Shown: piece by piece, positions 62,344 to 64,000 of the stretch | Position numbering within the stretch: the first letter of the stretch is position 1 | Layout of the letters: every line of letters starts with the position of its first letter | From: Azolla caroliniana | Taxonomy: Eukaryota > Plantae > Polypodiophyta | Direction: 5' to 3' | DNA: 64,000 bases | NCBI GenBank assembly: GCA_043228905.1 | Contig: JBHGNT010000009.1 | Location: forward strand, 5,208,001-5,272,000 | The notes under the pieces: generated by a model | The model's input: the letters and a program-made list of their open reading frames with translations, nothing else | What the model was told of the DNA's origin: nothing | Database searches by the model: none | Position numbers and translations under genes: made by a program

Positions 62344-64000
62344 TTAAGGGAACTTAGGTTGCTGTGATGCCATTTTCATGTTTTTCGCTAACGGCTCAAG
62401 ATTGGCCTCACTACCATCTTGTTCACCACTTTTCGATTGTAAAGGTATCGTATCGCGTACCATTCTATAATGATGATGAGCTTTAGCCAATATTTGACCT
62501 TCCGATAGTCCATCTTCATGGATATAGGTATATCCACAATTTGGAAGGATCTCAGCATCTAAGGATACCACCACTTGCCTTCGCCCCATCACATCAGACA
62601 CTGGCAAGAGTTGTATAGTTGCTGCCTCTAGTCCCCTTAATAATACTTCCCCAAAATTGTCACAATTAACATATTTTGCGAAGTGTAATGTTTGTTGTCT
62701 AATAACCAATCTAACATCCGCTGCCACCCATGTTTGTTTATCATATCCACAAAAAGGGAAAGAAAATCCTACAAAAGATTGCATAGACTTGAAAAGAACA
62801 TGAACACGTATTGATGCACTGCCATTATCAACTATGTCTCCCAAAAATTTCAAAAACTCAAACCCATATGTGGCATTCCATCGATTGATTGCAAAATCAC
62901 TAGTACTTTCTACTTGAGAATTTATCGGGATTGTGCGAATGAAGTTCGCATTTAACCCTCTCAAGCTAGACGAACGTTTTGTAGATCTGTGAAGGTTTCG
63001 CGATACATTACTCAAGTTCAAATGTTGTTTACTTGATTCCATTGTTTTGCTCTGAGTGGCCATAACAAGATTATTAACTGATTCAGTCCCTTCTCTATTA
63101 GGAGTAGATTGTTCAGAAACATTACTAATTTGGCATATCTGAACATCATTTTGAGACAAAGAGTTATCTAGTTCCTGTATGGCATCATAACGGCCTATAC
63201 TTACATGAGCACCCTTAGATTCAATGCATTTATTGGGTATTGAGTGCCGTTTTTCAATTGGTTTCCATATCTCATCCTCGAATGTTTGGATATTTTTCCC
63301 TTTTTCATCCTTGGATGGCTGAACATTTTTCCCCTTTCCACTTCCTCCACCTAAATGAGATTGTTGCTTCTTATCCAGATTAACATGGTTAACGTCTGTA
63401 TACACGTTATTTGTACCATTCTGGGGTCTAACCCCGTTCTTCTTTTTTGGGCAATCTTTCAAAACATGGCCTTGCTGTTTACAATAAAAGCATTGTCCAG
63501 GCATACCTATATACTCCAATTTTTGCATGAATGTCGAGTTCCCGGTAAGCGATGGTAAAAGTACCTGAGTAGGTAAATTTTCTATTGAGGAAACTAGTAT
63601 TCGAATTGATGGGTATCCCGTTAATTTCATTCCTATTGTCTCCTCTCGAGGAGGAAGAATCGTGCCGATTCTTGCTGCAATTGATGGGAGTACAGCCATG
63701 TATTCCTTAGGGATTCTCGGGAAAACCACGGAAATCGGGGTCAAACGATGCCCCGAATTCAACATTTCAACGGGATCAAAGCCCGGTTTCCACGGCATAA
63801 AACAAGCTATTGCATTTCGAATGTTAATCGTATTTGCATTCAACATTACCACAACGGATTCAGCGGTATCCAATTCTAAATGATAGAAAGCATGTCCAAG
63901 AAATTGCACATCGACGATTTTTCCGATCCTATGTTGGAAAGCCGCTTGTAGGAGATCTCTCAAATCTCCTCTATTTGGCCTTAAACCTATAATCCTACAC
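62344..64000 (-). CDS. LINE ORF1 (DUF4283-like region + CCHC knuckle), probably 5' partial
   Basis: At least 539 aa; FMPWKPGFDP, LEYIGMPGQCFYCKQQGHVLKDC. The frame appears open to the window edge. Confidence 0.88.
   Translation of the reverse strand, partial: CRIIGLRPNRGDLRDLLQAAFQHRIGKIVDVQFLGHAFYHLELDTAESVVVMLNANTINIRNAIACFMPWKPGFDPVEMLNSGHRLTPISVVFPRIPKEYMAVLPSIAARIGTILPPREETIGMKLTGYPSIRILVSSIENLPTQVLLPSLTGNSTFMQKLEYIGMPGQCFYCKQQGHVLKDCPKKKNGVRPQNGTNNVYTDVNHVNLDKKQQSHLGGGSGKGKNVQPSKDEKGKNIQTFEDEIWKPIEKRHSIPNKCIESKGAHVSIGRYDAIQELDNSLSQNDVQICQISNVSEQSTPNREGTESVNNLVMATQSKTMESSKQHLNLSNVSRNLHRSTKRSSSLRGLNANFIRTIPINSQVESTSDFAINRWNATYGFEFLKFLGDIVDNGSASIRVHVLFKSMQSFVGFSFPFCGYDKQTWVAADVRLVIRQQTLHFAKYVNCDNFGEVLLRGLEAATIQLLPVSDVMGRRQVVVSLDAEILPNCGYTYIHEDGLSEGQILAKAHHHYRMVRDTIPLQSKSGEQDGSEANLEPLAKNMKMASQQPKFP

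Larger units (their letters stand above)
57930..64000 (-). mobile_element. L1-clade LINE, apparently intact; 5' end beyond the window
   Basis: Two uninterrupted ORFs, a ~50-nt 3' UTR and a poly(A)-like tail (T-run at 57930-57949 on +). Confidence 0.93.

Overview
Eukaryotic land-plant DNA. The PPR style and TE content suggest a fern or another seed-free plant; this is an inference. The first ~21 kb holds four genes: an intronless PLS-class PPR gene, mitochondrial ATP synthase subunit d (5 exons), a plastid-type fructosamine/ribulosamine 3-kinase (9 exons) and a minus-strand TBL acetyltransferase. From ~22 kb to the end the window is a transposon block. It has degraded non-LTR fragments and two copies of one Copia family, each carrying a solo LTR of a third family in gag. 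It also has a degraded Gypsy (A) hosting a near-intact Gypsy (B) and one of the Copia copies, a 100-N gap, and an apparently intact L1 LINE running off the right edge. The most striking observation is in Gypsy B. Where the polypurine tract should abut the 3' LTR, it has a copy of a tRNA-Arg 3' end (...GTCCCACGGGCGTGCCA), so there is a PBS-like site at the inner edge of both LTRs. This suggests plus-strand priming by a tRNA. All calls were made by eye, and tRNA identities are from memory of plant tRNAs and need checking.
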